A program made the translations under genes and the position numbers. Of a stretch of DNA of 64,000 nucleotides, positions 8,834 to 19,346 are shown piece after piece (within the stretch, counting starts at the first letter, position 1; the number at the start of each line of letters is the position of its first letter). The notes under the pieces are model-generated. The model ran no database searches and was not told where the DNA came from. It saw nothing but the letters and a program-made list of their open reading frames with translations. The stretch is from Caldithrix sp. GTDB lineage: Bacteria; Zhuqueibacterota; Zhuqueibacteria; Thermofontimicrobiales; Sulfurfontimicrobiaceae. The stretch covers positions 3,916-67,915 of the forward strand of contig DYKB01000033.1 in the NCBI GenBank assembly GCA_020722815.1, read 5' to 3'.

Positions 8834-11236
8834 ATGGACAAAGACTTAAAAATGATAATAATCTTCTTCTTCTTACGTGTCTTTCTCCATCCGTGGGATC
8901 AGGTATTCAGCGATAGACCGCAGGATGAAGTTCCCGAATGGACACGGACGGCCAGATTGGTCGGCGTCAGTTATGATTATATTGAGGATGCAGAACCATT
9001 AATCGACTGGGCCGCCCAGTCCGGTGCATCCGTTCTTGATATTGATGTTGGCATTAATAACTACTATCATCGATTTTTGAATCCGGATGAAGGTATTAAG
9101 CTTTTGAAAGTTGGTTGTGATCTGGCTCATGAACGTGGATTGAAGGCGTTTACCTACCTATCCGGTTTTGAGATGATCACCAAAGGAGCAGCCCGATCCA
9201 ATGGAACGCGTAAAAAGACCGTCGCGACCCCATTTACTGAACATCCGAATTGGCTCCAAATGGATCAAAATGGGGAACCGGCCGTCTTCCTTGGGTCACA
9301 GGCCTTCTGGCTGGAAGCCGAAGATGAAAGTGCCTGGGCCACGCCGCTCAATCCAGCGTGGCGAAAGCAATATATGCATATTGTGGAACGCGTGGTGCGG
9401 GAGACGGCTGTTGATGGCATCTTTATCGATGTATCGACTTTTATGACCCATTTCGATGGGTGGTCCGAACGTTGGCCCAGTTTTGATCCCTATATGATTG
9501 CTGAGTTTAAAAAATACGGGGGCCAATGGCCATTTAATGTTGGTGATTTTACCGATAAAAATTTTCAGCACTGGTTACAATTTCGTTATCAGGTTATTCA
9601 AAAATTTTTAGATGAAGTCCGGCAGACCATCCGTAAAGTCCGCCGGGATGTTGTTTTAATTAATGAAAGCTATCCCGGTGGCTTACCGGACGCCGTCACG
9701 CAGGGTGCGGATCCATATTATAATATCCAAAGTTGTGATCTGATAACTCATGAGTGGGAACCAGCCGACAAGGATGCATTGAACCGTAAGGAATATGGCT
9801 GGCTCTTTTATGCAGCCGGAATTGAACTTTTTCGCGAAATCGATAATAATCGCCCGCGCTGGATACTTTCGTATGTGAATACAGAGGCGGATTTATTGGA
9901 CCAGAACGGCTCAAATGCCGCGAATGAAGCCCTTCTCAATCTGGCAGCGACAACGGTGTTCGGTGGTGCCAATTATTGGGAGTGTGGTTCGCAAAATATG
10001 ATTAATACTTCCACGAATATTAATCAACGCAAGGATATTTTTAAATGGGTGCAGGAAAATCAAAAACATCTTTATGATTATACAGCCCGTCCGCTGGATG
10101 CAATTGGTATCTACTACTCCCCCACCACGCGTGATGTGGCCGATCAAAGCTGGTGGGGGATTCATCAATCCGCCTGTTATGGACTGGCGATGGGATTACT
10201 GGAAAATCACTATACCTATCAGTTTATAACACCGCGTTCCATCGCAAAAATGCTTCCCACGCAAGTTCCAGTGATTATTCTGGCAAATGTCGCCTACCTT
10301 TCCAATGACGAGCGGCAGGCGCTGGCAAACTACCTGAAAAATGGTGGCAAAATTCTGGTTTATGGCGAAAATAATGATGAATATCATCTGGATGGCACAC
10401 CCCGAACCGGTAATCCGCTCGCTGAATTAAAAAATGTACCCAAAGCATCACTTCTTATTAAGACAAAAAATCCAGGATACGACTATTTTTATGGGACAAT
10501 TCTTTCCCCATCGACTGAAGCTTACATTTATCCCAATTATCCCGTTACAAAAGCGACCAAAGCCAGCCAGGAATTAGCAAGTGATTTAAAAGCGTTAAAT
10601 TACCGGCCATATATTAATGTAGAAAGTCAGGATTTAATCAATTTCAGATTAGAGTCGAGTTATACTGAAGACAGAATTTTTATCACCAATTTTACTGGCC
10701 TGTCGAAAAATAACGCACCATCCGCTACCCGTCCGATTAAGTTAACATATCCGACGAACTATTCGCGCTTTATTGATGCCACTTCTTTTATGGATAATTT
10801 GCTACAGGTAAGCCATGAATTTGACAATAATGCCAATACTGAGACGATTACCATAGAATCCACCAACTCCTGGCGGGGTGTAATCATCCGACTTCGAAAA
10901 AACAATGAAGATCAGCCCAAACTAAACCAAATTCCACCGGACTCACCGCATCCAGTTAATTTTTTTAGTAATTATCCAAACCCGGTGCGAAATGAAAATG
11001 CAACAACACTGGTATTTCAATTTACCAATTTCAGTCCCTCGCGATTGGTAATTTATGATTTGCTGGGAAGAAAAATTAATGAACTGCCACTCCTCAGGCA
11101 GACATCTGGTGAACAAAATTCGGTGAAATGGGATTTGAAGGATGACCGGGGAATATTTGTTGCAAATGGTGTCTATTTTGCCTGTTTGCAAAATAGCAGT
11201 CGGAAAGAAATTCGACGATTGTTGGTCATGCGATAA
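8834..11236 (+). CDS. Secreted hypothetical glycoside hydrolase (GHL6/GHL10-like TIM barrel, beta-galactosidase-trimerisation-like domain, T9SS/FlgD-type tail)
   Basis: EHPNWLQMDQNGE and VDGIFIDV barrel motifs, IGIYYSP and VIILANVAYLSNDERQALANYLKNGGKILV, NYPNP...NGVYFACL tail. Start moved from 8759 to ATG 8834 after GGAG. Confidence 0.75.
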   Translation: MDKDLKMIIIFFFLRVFLHPWDQVFSDRPQDEVPEWTRTARLVGVSYDYIEDAEPLIDWAAQSGASVLDIDVGINNYYHRFLNPDEGIKLLKVGCDLAHERGLKAFTYLSGFEMITKGAARSNGTRKKTVATPFTEHPNWLQMDQNGEPAVFLGSQAFWLEAEDESAWATPLNPAWRKQYMHIVERVVRETAVDGIFIDVSTFMTHFDGWSERWPSFDPYMIAEFKKYGGQWPFNVGDFTDKNFQHWLQFRYQVIQKFLDEVRQTIRKVRRDVVLINESYPGGLPDAVTQGADPYYNIQSCDLITHEWEPADKDALNRKEYGWLFYAAGIELFREIDNNRPRWILSYVNTEADLLDQNGSNAANEALLNLAATTVFGGANYWECGSQNMINTSTNINQRKDIFKWVQENQKHLYDYTARPLDAIGIYYSPTTRDVADQSWWGIHQSACYGLAMGLLENHYTYQFITPRSIAKMLPTQVPVIILANVAYLSNDERQALANYLKNGGKILVYGENNDEYHLDGTPRTGNPLAELKNVPKASLLIKTKNPGYDYFYGTILSPSTEAYIYPNYPVTKATKASQELASDLKALNYRPYINVESQDLINFRLESSYTEDRIFITNFTGLSKNNAPSATRPIKLTYPTNYSRFIDATSFMDNLLQVSHEFDNNANTETITIESTNSWRGVIIRLRKNNEDQPKLNQIPPDSPHPVNFFSNYPNPVRNENATTLVFQFTNFSPSRLVIYDLLGRKINELPLLRQTSGEQNSVKWDLKDDRGIFVANGVYFACLQNSSRKEIRRLLVMR

Positions 11237-11241
11237 TTATA

Positions 11242-12159
11242 TTAACCGCGTTCAGCCGTCAGGCTTTTAAGCGTTTTACGAACCCGTTCGGCATAGTCCA
11301 TCACTTGCTCTGTTCTATCAAAGCCGACTAAAAGCATATCGACAGCGTTCAAGGCGAGCACAAAACGAAGCGTCTCATCAATTTTAGCCGGATCATTTCG
11401 ATACTTCCCTTCCCCAATCAATTTCATGGCAATGACCGCTTTGCCAGCTTTATGGAGTTCTTTGACCATTTTAACCGTATGCGCCGGATTGTATGAATCC
11501 ATTTTATCCCCATAAGCATTGAGGCGGACATGCACCGAATCCACCCAGGGACTATCAATACAGGTATATAAAGCCAATAACGAATGCACCGAGACACCAT
11601 GGGCGCGAATAATACCTTTCGCCTTTAAGTTTTCCAGAATATCCATCTGCCGCTTCTGCTCATCGGTCCAGTCCGGATCGACCATTGCATGTAAACAAAC
11701 CATATCGATATAGTCAGTATTAAGCTCTTTTCGGAACCGGTCGACCACAATATTCGCATCCGGGCGCTCAGGTTCCGGAATTCCCCCCGGATAACGCCAG
11801 ATTTTCGTATTGATGACATATTTCTCGCGGGGAATTCCCTTCATGGCTTCGGCCACCAACTCATGAGAACCATAGGTATCCGCGCAGTCAAAGAATCGGA
11901 CGCCACAGCTATAGGCATGCTGAATCAGCGCAACCGCTTTTTCTTTTCCCAAACGGGTCAGGTTGGATTGACGATTAATGGATTTTACGCCGGTTCCCAT
12001 GGCAATACGCGATACTTTTATACCCGTTTTTCCCAAAGGAACCATGGCGAATGGATCTGTATCAATAGCGGGCGCAGATATCGATTTTATATCCGAAAGT
12101 AAAACCGCACCAGCCCCGGCAATCGTGGTTTTTAAAAATTTACGGCGATTGAATTGCAT
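11242..12159 (-). CDS. Tat-exported aldo/keto reductase
   Basis: NRRKFLK Tat motif, LGKTGIKVSRIAMGTG, FFDCADTYG, TDYIDMVCLH. Confidence 0.92.
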   Translation of the reverse strand: MQFNRRKFLKTTIAGAGAVLLSDIKSISAPAIDTDPFAMVPLGKTGIKVSRIAMGTGVKSINRQSNLTRLGKEKAVALIQHAYSCGVRFFDCADTYGSHELVAEAMKGIPREKYVINTKIWRYPGGIPEPERPDANIVVDRFRKELNTDYIDMVCLHAMVDPDWTDEQKRQMDILENLKAKGIIRAHGVSVHSLLALYTCIDSPWVDSVHVRLNAYGDKMDSYNPAHTVKMVKELHKAGKAVIAMKLIGEGKYRNDPAKIDETLRFVLALNAVDMLLVGFDRTEQVMDYAERVRKTLKSLTAERG

Positions 12160-12279
12160 GATATTTCTCTTCTATTTTCAGTTTTTTAGAATTCATTGAT
12201 CATAAAATTGCGTTATTCTCTGTAATTCGTGAAGCGTGATGCGTCAGCGAAAAGGTTATATAATAGGAAAATTTTAAAT

Positions 12280-12930
12280 TTAAAACTTTTTTCTTGAAAG
12301 TGCATCTATAACCAAATGCAAAAGCTCATCAGGTCGTTTGGTAATTCCAAATGCACCGGGTGGTAATCCCTTTTCAGGTTTATAAACACCGATATAAAAA
12401 ATGACAGGTGTTGTTGAATCCTTTTCACGAAACATGTTTAAAAATTGCACGCCGGCATCAGCAATATCTTTTTCACTCTCTCTCCTGGCCATGTCGGAAA
12501 TAATGAGATCATATTTCTTTTCCGCAAGCTTTTTCAGTGCCTCATCAGTACTTTTCGCGATATCTATTTTCATTCGGAGTTGAAAAAACATTCGCCATTC
12601 ATTCAGATTATTTTCGGGACAATCATCAATCCAGAATATTTGGGCATCCTTCATGATTTTAAGATGTTGTCTTGTACGATTCAGCACATTTTCTTTCGCT
12701 TCGGGCGGTACATCGACGATCCATTTTTTATTCTTTTCTGCCAATTCCAGCGCATCATTAATTGATTTGGTAATAAAGGCGAGTTCTACCCCCATTGCTT
12801 TAAATCCACTTAAATTTGGAAGTAACTCATTTCGAATGGGTTTATAAAAGATGATGAGCGCGGTTAATGCCAGACTAAACCATAATAATGTAGGTAGGAA
12901 ACCGAAAATCAGTTCGATGATTTTATCCAT
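12280..12930 (-). CDS. Membrane-anchored receiver-domain protein
   Basis: N-terminal hydrophobic helix, then IFWIDD, YDLIISDM (phosphoacceptor Asp), TPVIFY; no output domain. Confidence 0.8.
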   Translation of the reverse strand: MDKIIELIFGFLPTLLWFSLALTALIIFYKPIRNELLPNLSGFKAMGVELAFITKSINDALELAEKNKKWIVDVPPEAKENVLNRTRQHLKIMKDAQIFWIDDCPENNLNEWRMFFQLRMKIDIAKSTDEALKKLAEKKYDLIISDMARRESEKDIADAGVQFLNMFREKDSTTPVIFYIGVYKPEKGLPPGAFGITKRPDELLHLVIDALSRKKF

Positions 12931-13075
12931 ATATTTTCTCCTAAAAAAGATTTTAAATTATCCGGAGTCTCTGGATCAGAATTCATTGTTTATAATTTAA
13001 ACTTACGAGCGGTAAAATGGAAAAAGCGAGCTACCGGCTTCACTAACTATTGATAAAAAGTAAAAGTAACAACTC

Positions 13076-14518
13076 TCACGTCTTCCAAAATATTCGCAAT
13101 CGGGTAAAAAATTTAACAAAATACGCTACGATGAATGTATAGCCAATCCCCAGCAACAAACCAGTTAACGGCGTTATCGAAAAATTGGATAGCCAGCCCT
13201 GAAGGCCGCTCAGCACCAGAATCGGCCAGATAAAATTCATGAAACCCGCATAGGCAATCATTGAATTTTGGCCACAATCAATCAGAAGACTGAACCAGCG
13301 GTTCTTTTTATATTTGTCGATTATAATGATTAAGAAAATCAACAAGATCGTCGAGAGCGCTGTAACAATAAATAAGAAGCTCAGAGAAGGGACTTCCATA
13401 TCATGTTTTTCTTTAAATGGGTTGATCATCAAGCCAGCAATAAACCAGTAAATTGCCCAGTAAAATAGCATTTTCAGCAGTTGTTCTGTGTCGCTGGTCG
13501 GGCGCTTCATGGTCAATAGTCCCAGGATAGTTAAAATACCAAGCCCATAAACGACATTTCGGGAAATCTGATCCGGATAATAAAAAAGGGTCAATCCCAA
13601 AATACTTAGTAAAATCAGTGATAAAAAAACCATTCGTGAACGAGACCATTGCGTTGCTTTAATCGGTTTTAGGTCACGGGGTTCAATCCATTTTAACAAC
13701 AATTCACCAGCAATAATCCCCGGAATGACAATCAATAAATATTGCAAATAAGCCCATTTAAAAAGCCAGGGACAGGGCGATGCATGCCAGAACCAGCGAA
13801 GGGCACTGGTTTGCAACGAGGCGAAACGAAAGGCAATCAGTAAACCTAAAATCCCCAATCGGAGTAAAAATCGCCGATAGGTAAAAAGCCAGATAAGTGA
13901 ACCCCAGAAGGCCATATTGGCGAGAATCAGTAAAAACGGATCCATCCGTTGTAATGAAAAGCCGCTCCCATCAAGATAGCGTAAACGCCAAAGCAGAACC
14001 GCGCTTCCCACCCAGCCAACCCCCCGAATGATTCGCACAAACCAGATGTTCATAAATTGCGGCAGCCGGGTAAAAATGAAAAACATTAAAATAAATCCAA
14101 TGATTGCCAACAGCCAATCATTTCGAACCGGCTCCGGGTTCAGGATATAGGGTCTAATATGTTGCAAATAAAGTGCAAAGAAGACTAACAAAAAAGTGCG
14201 CTTAATAATAGTCGCCAAAGATTTTTTGAAAGACTGACCTTCCTCCATTCGTTTGCCCTGCGAGAGCGGGATGGCGACACCAAGGGCAAAAAGAAACAGC
14301 GCAAACACCCAATCAATCCAGAAAGATTCCGGTAAAAGAGGCTTAATCGTTGAAATTGGACTGGCTTTTTCAGTCAGGTTTAGCCAGTGAGATAGCGTTG
14401 CCGGCGGAATCAACATCACAAATACCATTAAAATAATCGCAAAGCCTCGTAATGCATCCAGAGCTTGTTTTCGTTGGATCGAAAGATGCGAACGCGGGAT
14501 ATAAAGAAATAAGCTCAT
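13076..14518 (-). CDS. DUF5009 / NagX-like (heparan-alpha-glucosaminide N-acetyltransferase-like) membrane protein
   Basis: ALDALRGFAI, IDWVFALFLFALGVAIPL, GQNSMIAY, C-terminal RLRIFWKT; many TM helices. Start moved to 14518 (SD AAGGA). Confidence 0.85.
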   Translation of the reverse strand: MSLFLYIPRSHLSIQRKQALDALRGFAIILMVFVMLIPPATLSHWLNLTEKASPISTIKPLLPESFWIDWVFALFLFALGVAIPLSQGKRMEEGQSFKKSLATIIKRTFLLVFFALYLQHIRPYILNPEPVRNDWLLAIIGFILMFFIFTRLPQFMNIWFVRIIRGVGWVGSAVLLWRLRYLDGSGFSLQRMDPFLLILANMAFWGSLIWLFTYRRFLLRLGILGLLIAFRFASLQTSALRWFWHASPCPWLFKWAYLQYLLIVIPGIIAGELLLKWIEPRDLKPIKATQWSRSRMVFLSLILLSILGLTLFYYPDQISRNVVYGLGILTILGLLTMKRPTSDTEQLLKMLFYWAIYWFIAGLMINPFKEKHDMEVPSLSFLFIVTALSTILLIFLIIIIDKYKKNRWFSLLIDCGQNSMIAYAGFMNFIWPILVLSGLQGWLSNFSITPLTGLLLGIGYTFIVAYFVKFFTRLRIFWKT

Positions 14519-14814
14519 AGGCTGTTCCTTAAATTTTAAGTAAAAATAACATTTCACAATCAAAATCAGGAACTGGCAAGCAAAGATTGTATATCATAAG
14601 ATATTGAGTAAAATGCTGGAATGCAATAAAAAAGTTAAATTTTTGGAAAAAATTTTATTTAATCGATTCGGATATTCAATATATTGAGCGTTCATCCTCA
14701 ATCCTGCTAGTTGGGACGATATCAGCCGAATTTAAAACTGCAATTTTTTCGTAATTTAGCAAAGCCTGTTCTCTCTTTGGTTACAAGAATGCTATGGAGC
14801 GATGAAATGCCTCG

Positions 14815-15082
14815 CTGCAAATTTTGCAGATCATTCTTTTATGATTCAATAGATTGCGCCGACAACGCCTGAAAAGCTTCTAATCGTGCAGAAATCGCCC
14901 TGAAAAACCAGTATTCCTCTTCCGTAACAATGCAACTGTTGCGCGCAAAAGCCAAATTTCTGCAAAATATGCACGACCCCCTGCAAATTTTGCAGTTCAA
15001 AGTGCAAAATTTGCAGCATCGGCTTTTTCAAAAGTTGTTAAGTTGTTGAAAATATTGAACTTTTTTTTGGTACATTTTTTGT
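14815..15082 (+). promoter_or_regulatory. Putative sigma54 promoter with a phased array of enhancer palindromes
   Basis: TGCA-N5-TGCA at 14816, 14961, 14982 and 15003 (last three 21 bp apart); TGGTAC-N5-TTGT at 15068-15082. Confidence 0.6.
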
Positions 15083-15381
15083 GTTATTAAGCGACATTAA
15101 TATTTCAAAAATAACCAAAAGAATTATTTTCCCCCCGGGTGATTTAATGAATTTTGCCAGGGATAGCAAAAGGAAATCACTCTCTCTTTCCTGTTGATTG
15201 AATTCACTTTGTTAAAAAAGTTTGAATGAATATTTTAAAATATCTCCAGGGCGGTAATTCAATTTCTAGTAGGCTTATCGTGTTTTGCCAGAAACTTAAT
15301 GAAATCGTCACAATTGAAATGAACACAGCTTTTTTAATTCATTATATCAATTAAATTAATTATTTTTGAGGAGGACTTTTT

Positions 15382-18300
15382 ATGCGCCAAAAATTTTTGT
15401 ATTTTCACCTGTTATTCATTTTTTTTTTAATGAAAACATTTTTAGCCTTTAGCCAGGTATTTCAGGTCGATCACCTTGATGAAGATTATTCGGAATTTAA
15501 TTATCCCAAAATAGGGATTGATCAGTCAGGGAGTTTTGCAATCACCTTTTTTAATCAAGAAAATGGCTACCCCATCGGCGATTATGTCGCCGCACAACTG
15601 TTCGATAAAAACGGCACTCCTGTCGAAAAAAGCATCATCGTTAGCAATAAAGAGTTTAATCAGCATTCTGAAATTACTTTTTATCCGGATGGAAAATTTC
15701 TGATATGCTGGAATAATTGTACCTATTCCCAACCGGCAATAAATTCAACAAAAAACCTGTCAAAGGTAGCAGAAAAGTGGTACTACAATGGAAACTTTTT
15801 TAGAATTTACAATAAAAGTGGTATTCCATTGACAGACGAAATTAAAATCCCCAGGTTTAATGATAACTATAATTCCGGAATTATTCTTGATAAAAATTCA
15901 AATTTGATTTTTACGGGCACCAATAATGATGTATTTTGGCAGCTATATAATAGCGCTGGTACGCCCATTGGTGAACATAAAATCGTAAATGAGCAAACCA
16001 AACCAGGTCTTTTTAATCCACGGATTCGTCGTGATCGCATCGGTAACTTTGTAGTATGCTGGGGTGCTCCAAAAAGATGGTCTTTCAGCGCACCAGGAGA
16101 TATCTACGCGCAGCGTTTTGATGCCAATGGAAATCCCCTGGGGAATAATTTTCGGATAAATGAAACAGATACTTCAGTCTTTGCGGCTGATCCAAACAAT
16201 GATGAAGCCAGCCCGGGATTTGCCCTGGCCGTTGAATCAACGGGCAATTTTATGATCACCTGGTGTGATCGGCGGAATGGTCGAAAAGATATTTATGCCC
16301 AATATTATCAGAAAAATGGAACACCAATCGGAACGAATTTTCAGGTGAATCCTGAAAACACGTCTGTTCACACGCAACCAACAATTGCAGCAGACGAAGG
16401 TGGTATTTTTGTTATCGGCTGGAAGAATGTTGCGCAAGCGACACACATTTATGCACAAAAATTCATTGGTAATCAAAAATATGGAGATGTCTTCCAGGTA
16501 AGTACTAACAATGAAATAAAACATCAACACCCCGACGTTGCCATGCGAAACGGCAAAATCTACTTTACATGGTCCGGTTCAGAGCGCATCGCATACAATT
16601 TCCAGCAGCATATTTATGGCCGGCTGATGAATTTTTATGAGGGTCCCAACTCGATTACTGTCCAATCACCCAACGGGGGTGAAAACTGGTATGTGGGAAA
16701 AGAATATCCGATCTTATGGAATTCGGATAAGTTTGTTGGAAACGTAAAAATCGAACTTTCAACCAATAATGGCATCTCCTGGAAAGATTTAACAAATGGT
16801 GCGAACACCCCGAATGATGGCGAGTACAAGTTCACACCGGATATTTTTAAACTCTCCCAACAATGTTTGATCCGCGTTTCTTCAATTGAAAATCCGACGG
16901 TTAAAGATCAAAGCAACGCCCTCTTCTCCATCCTGGATGATGGCGAACGATTATCATATCTCGCAGCCATGATTCCGACTGAATTATCTGAACCCACAAT
17001 CGATGGCGATTTATCTGATTCAATATGGAGCAAAGCCATCGTTGCCCAAGCGCTTACGAAAGGTGGAACGCCTGAAGAATTTTTGGAAAACTGGAATAAT
17101 TTCGATGATAATAAAGTCTCCTGGAAGGCGCTCTGGAGTGAGAAAACCAATCAGGTCTATATCGCTATCGAAATTCAGGATGACATCGCCGGCTTAAATG
17201 ATCATGCTTTTCCCTCGTTCTGGCAGGATGATTGTCTGGAACTGTATGTTGACGGCGATACCAGCGGTGGTGAGTGCTCAACTTTTGAGGACGCCCAGCA
17301 TTGGTTTATCCGAAGGGATAATAAAATTCGCCTGGCGTTCCTCAATTCGGAATACTCCGGGCCTCAAATAACATCAGCGGTCAAACAGGGGCAAAATGGT
17401 AACTGGACGCTTGAAATTTCCATGCCAATCTTCGATAAATTTGAGACAGCTCCCCATCAATTAGCTTTGGGCGACGTTATTGGCTGGGATGTCTGGTATG
17501 ATGACGCGGATAATAAAGTGCTCGAAAATGGGAAATATGTTCGCGAGCATCAGGTGGGTTGGGGCTACTCCGGCCCGGCGAATAAAAATGCTTCAAATTT
17601 TCATAAATTGCAATTGGGACCTGTATTGGCAGACTGGCAGATGCCAATTGTCGTTCAGACAGCAGAAGATTCGATGGTGCTTTATATGGGAGGTGCCAAT
17701 GGTGCTATGGCGGGTTTTGATAGACAATACGATTTGCTGACACCGCCACCGGGTCAAACTTATACGACGTTTTTTCATATCGAAGAAACACCCAATTTTC
17801 TCATAACTGACATCCGTCCCTGGAAAGAACCTTATAATTCTGAGATTACCTGGTCGTTGAGGATCGTAAACGCTGGCGATAAGACATCGAATATCACCTG
17901 GAATCCGGAATTTTTACCAAATGAAGGGGCCTTTAACTGTACAAGCTCAGATGTCAAGCTGGATATGCGAAATAACGAAACGGTTTCCGTAACAGGAAAT
18001 GCGACCCTTTATTTTAAATATTGGCCAAGCATGATAGTAGAAAGTATTACTTATGAATTTCCAGCGGCTGGTTGGTATCTCATCTCCCTGCCGATTCGCC
18101 CTGAAAACGATGGACTCAGTACTTTATTCCCGAATGCGCTCATGGCGTATGCATATAATTCACAAAATCAAACTTATGAAGCAGTAACAACCCTGAAACC
18201 CCAATCAGGTTATTGGTTATTAGTATTAAATCCGGGGACGGTGACAATTTCTGGTATTCCAGTTACAAAATATTCAGAAAACTATCAAACCGGTTGGCAT

Positions 18301-18900
18301 CTGATTGGTTCAGTCAGCGATACGATGAACTTTTTTGAACCGAATGACAATCCCGACGGGGCTGTTATCTGTTTTTATGGCTGGAATTCTTCAAAAAAAC
18401 AGTACGAACCAGTTTATCCCGGTGAAACACCACAGCTTATCCCGGGACAGGGCTATTGGATGGCGGCCTTAAACGCTTGTGAAGTGACTTTTGATCCCGG
18501 TGAACCAATGGATTCAAGCGCACTTCAGGCTAAACCGCCACTCAATTTTATCAATTTACAAAAAACAATGCCGCCGGCACCTCCAATTTTGTCAACAGCA
18601 TCAGAAATGCCGGCAATTCCGGATAATAATATTTTATCCTATAATTACCCCAATCCATTCAATCCCGAAACCACCATTTGTTATGGTTTAAAAACGGCGG
18701 GATTGACGCAAATCTACATTTACAATCTCATGGGACAACGGATTCGGACTTTGCTTGAAATGCAGCAGGCTGCTGGCTGGTATCAAGTACGCTGGGATGG
18801 TCGGGATAATCACGGAGAGATGATGAGCAGCGGAATTTATTTCTATTCAATTCAATCCCCGGAATTTTCTGAAACCAAAAAAATGATCATGCTGAAATAA
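15382..18900 (+). CDS. Large secreted multidomain protein (propeller-like repeats, Ig-like SPNGGE domain, CBM9/DOMON-like domain, FlgD/T9SS-type tail)
   Basis: Signal peptide, DIYAQRFDANGNPLG-type repeats, ITVQSPNGGENW, PTIDGDLSD...WQDDCLELYVD, GWYLISLP/GWHLIG, NYPNPFNPET tail; SD GAGGAGG. Confidence 0.85.
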   Translation: MRQKFLYFHLLFIFFLMKTFLAFSQVFQVDHLDEDYSEFNYPKIGIDQSGSFAITFFNQENGYPIGDYVAAQLFDKNGTPVEKSIIVSNKEFNQHSEITFYPDGKFLICWNNCTYSQPAINSTKNLSKVAEKWYYNGNFFRIYNKSGIPLTDEIKIPRFNDNYNSGIILDKNSNLIFTGTNNDVFWQLYNSAGTPIGEHKIVNEQTKPGLFNPRIRRDRIGNFVVCWGAPKRWSFSAPGDIYAQRFDANGNPLGNNFRINETDTSVFAADPNNDEASPGFALAVESTGNFMITWCDRRNGRKDIYAQYYQKNGTPIGTNFQVNPENTSVHTQPTIAADEGGIFVIGWKNVAQATHIYAQKFIGNQKYGDVFQVSTNNEIKHQHPDVAMRNGKIYFTWSGSERIAYNFQQHIYGRLMNFYEGPNSITVQSPNGGENWYVGKEYPILWNSDKFVGNVKIELSTNNGISWKDLTNGANTPNDGEYKFTPDIFKLSQQCLIRVSSIENPTVKDQSNALFSILDDGERLSYLAAMIPTELSEPTIDGDLSDSIWSKAIVAQALTKGGTPEEFLENWNNFDDNKVSWKALWSEKTNQVYIAIEIQDDIAGLNDHAFPSFWQDDCLELYVDGDTSGGECSTFEDAQHWFIRRDNKIRLAFLNSEYSGPQITSAVKQGQNGNWTLEISMPIFDKFETAPHQLALGDVIGWDVWYDDADNKVLENGKYVREHQVGWGYSGPANKNASNFHKLQLGPVLADWQMPIVVQTAEDSMVLYMGGANGAMAGFDRQYDLLTPPPGQTYTTFFHIEETPNFLITDIRPWKEPYNSEITWSLRIVNAGDKTSNITWNPEFLPNEGAFNCTSSDVKLDMRNNETVSVTGNATLYFKYWPSMIVESITYEFPAAGWYLISLPIRPENDGLSTLFPNALMAYAYNSQNQTYEAVTTLKPQSGYWLLVLNPGTVTISGIPVTKYSENYQTGWHLIGSVSDTMNFFEPNDNPDGAVICFYGWNSSKKQYEPVYPGETPQLIPGQGYWMAALNACEVTFDPGEPMDSSALQAKPPLNFINLQKTMPPAPPILSTASEMPAIPDNNILSYNYPNPFNPETTICYGLKTAGLTQIYIYNLMGQRIRTLLEMQQAAGWYQVRWDGRDNHGEMMSSGIYFYSIQSPEFSETKKMIMLK

Positions 18901-18917
18901 TTTTCCTTCTGCGCAAG

Positions 18918-18959
18918 CTCGTTCCCACATTTCAGCGATGTGGGAACGAGACTTTTTTT
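18918..18959 (+). terminator. Intrinsic terminator
   Basis: CTCGTTCCCACAT / ATGTGGGAACGAG stem followed by a T run. Confidence 0.85.
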
Positions 18960-18983
18960 CTCAAGTGCCTTCAGGATTTTAAG

Positions 18984-19240
18984 CAATAGTGTTCGGCACA
19001 TTCAAGAAAATGACTGCTCTTTCAAAAACAAAGCGACTCGCCATACCCGTCCGTTAGCTAACGGATTATCGGGCATTCATAATTTTGTGTAAAATGGATT
19101 CCCACCAAACTTGTACTCGAATGCTTTTGCCAGGTAAACATGCGGGAATGACAAAGATCGGTATGGGGGTGATTGGGCACTTAATTTATTAATTTAAATA
19201 ATGTTACGCTATCATCAATAAAGTGCGCCGAACGCCATTG
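18984..19240. mobile_element. MITE-like element, family A copy 1
   Basis: TIRs CAATAGTGTTCGGCACA / TGCGCCGAACGCCATTG; colinear with 36967-37216 (shared TTATCGGGCATTCA, CAAACTTGTACTCGAAT, GTAAACA). Confidence 0.75.
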
Positions 19241-19317
19241 ATTTCAAACACTATTTCACCCGGTTGAAAATTTTAACATTTGGAAGCGAACTTGACAATA
19301 ATTTTACAATAAAATGC

Positions 19318-19346
19318 TTGCTTTTTCATTTTTTTTTACTTATATT
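19318..19346 (+). promoter_or_regulatory. Sigma70-type promoter of the csp gene
   Basis: TTGCTT-17-TATATT, giving a ~190-nt 5' UTR as typical for csp genes. Confidence 0.55.

Noticed and set aside
14846-15031. 61-aa minus-strand ORF
   Set aside because: Overlaps the palindrome array; its LQ/LH periodicity simply reflects the TGCA repeats
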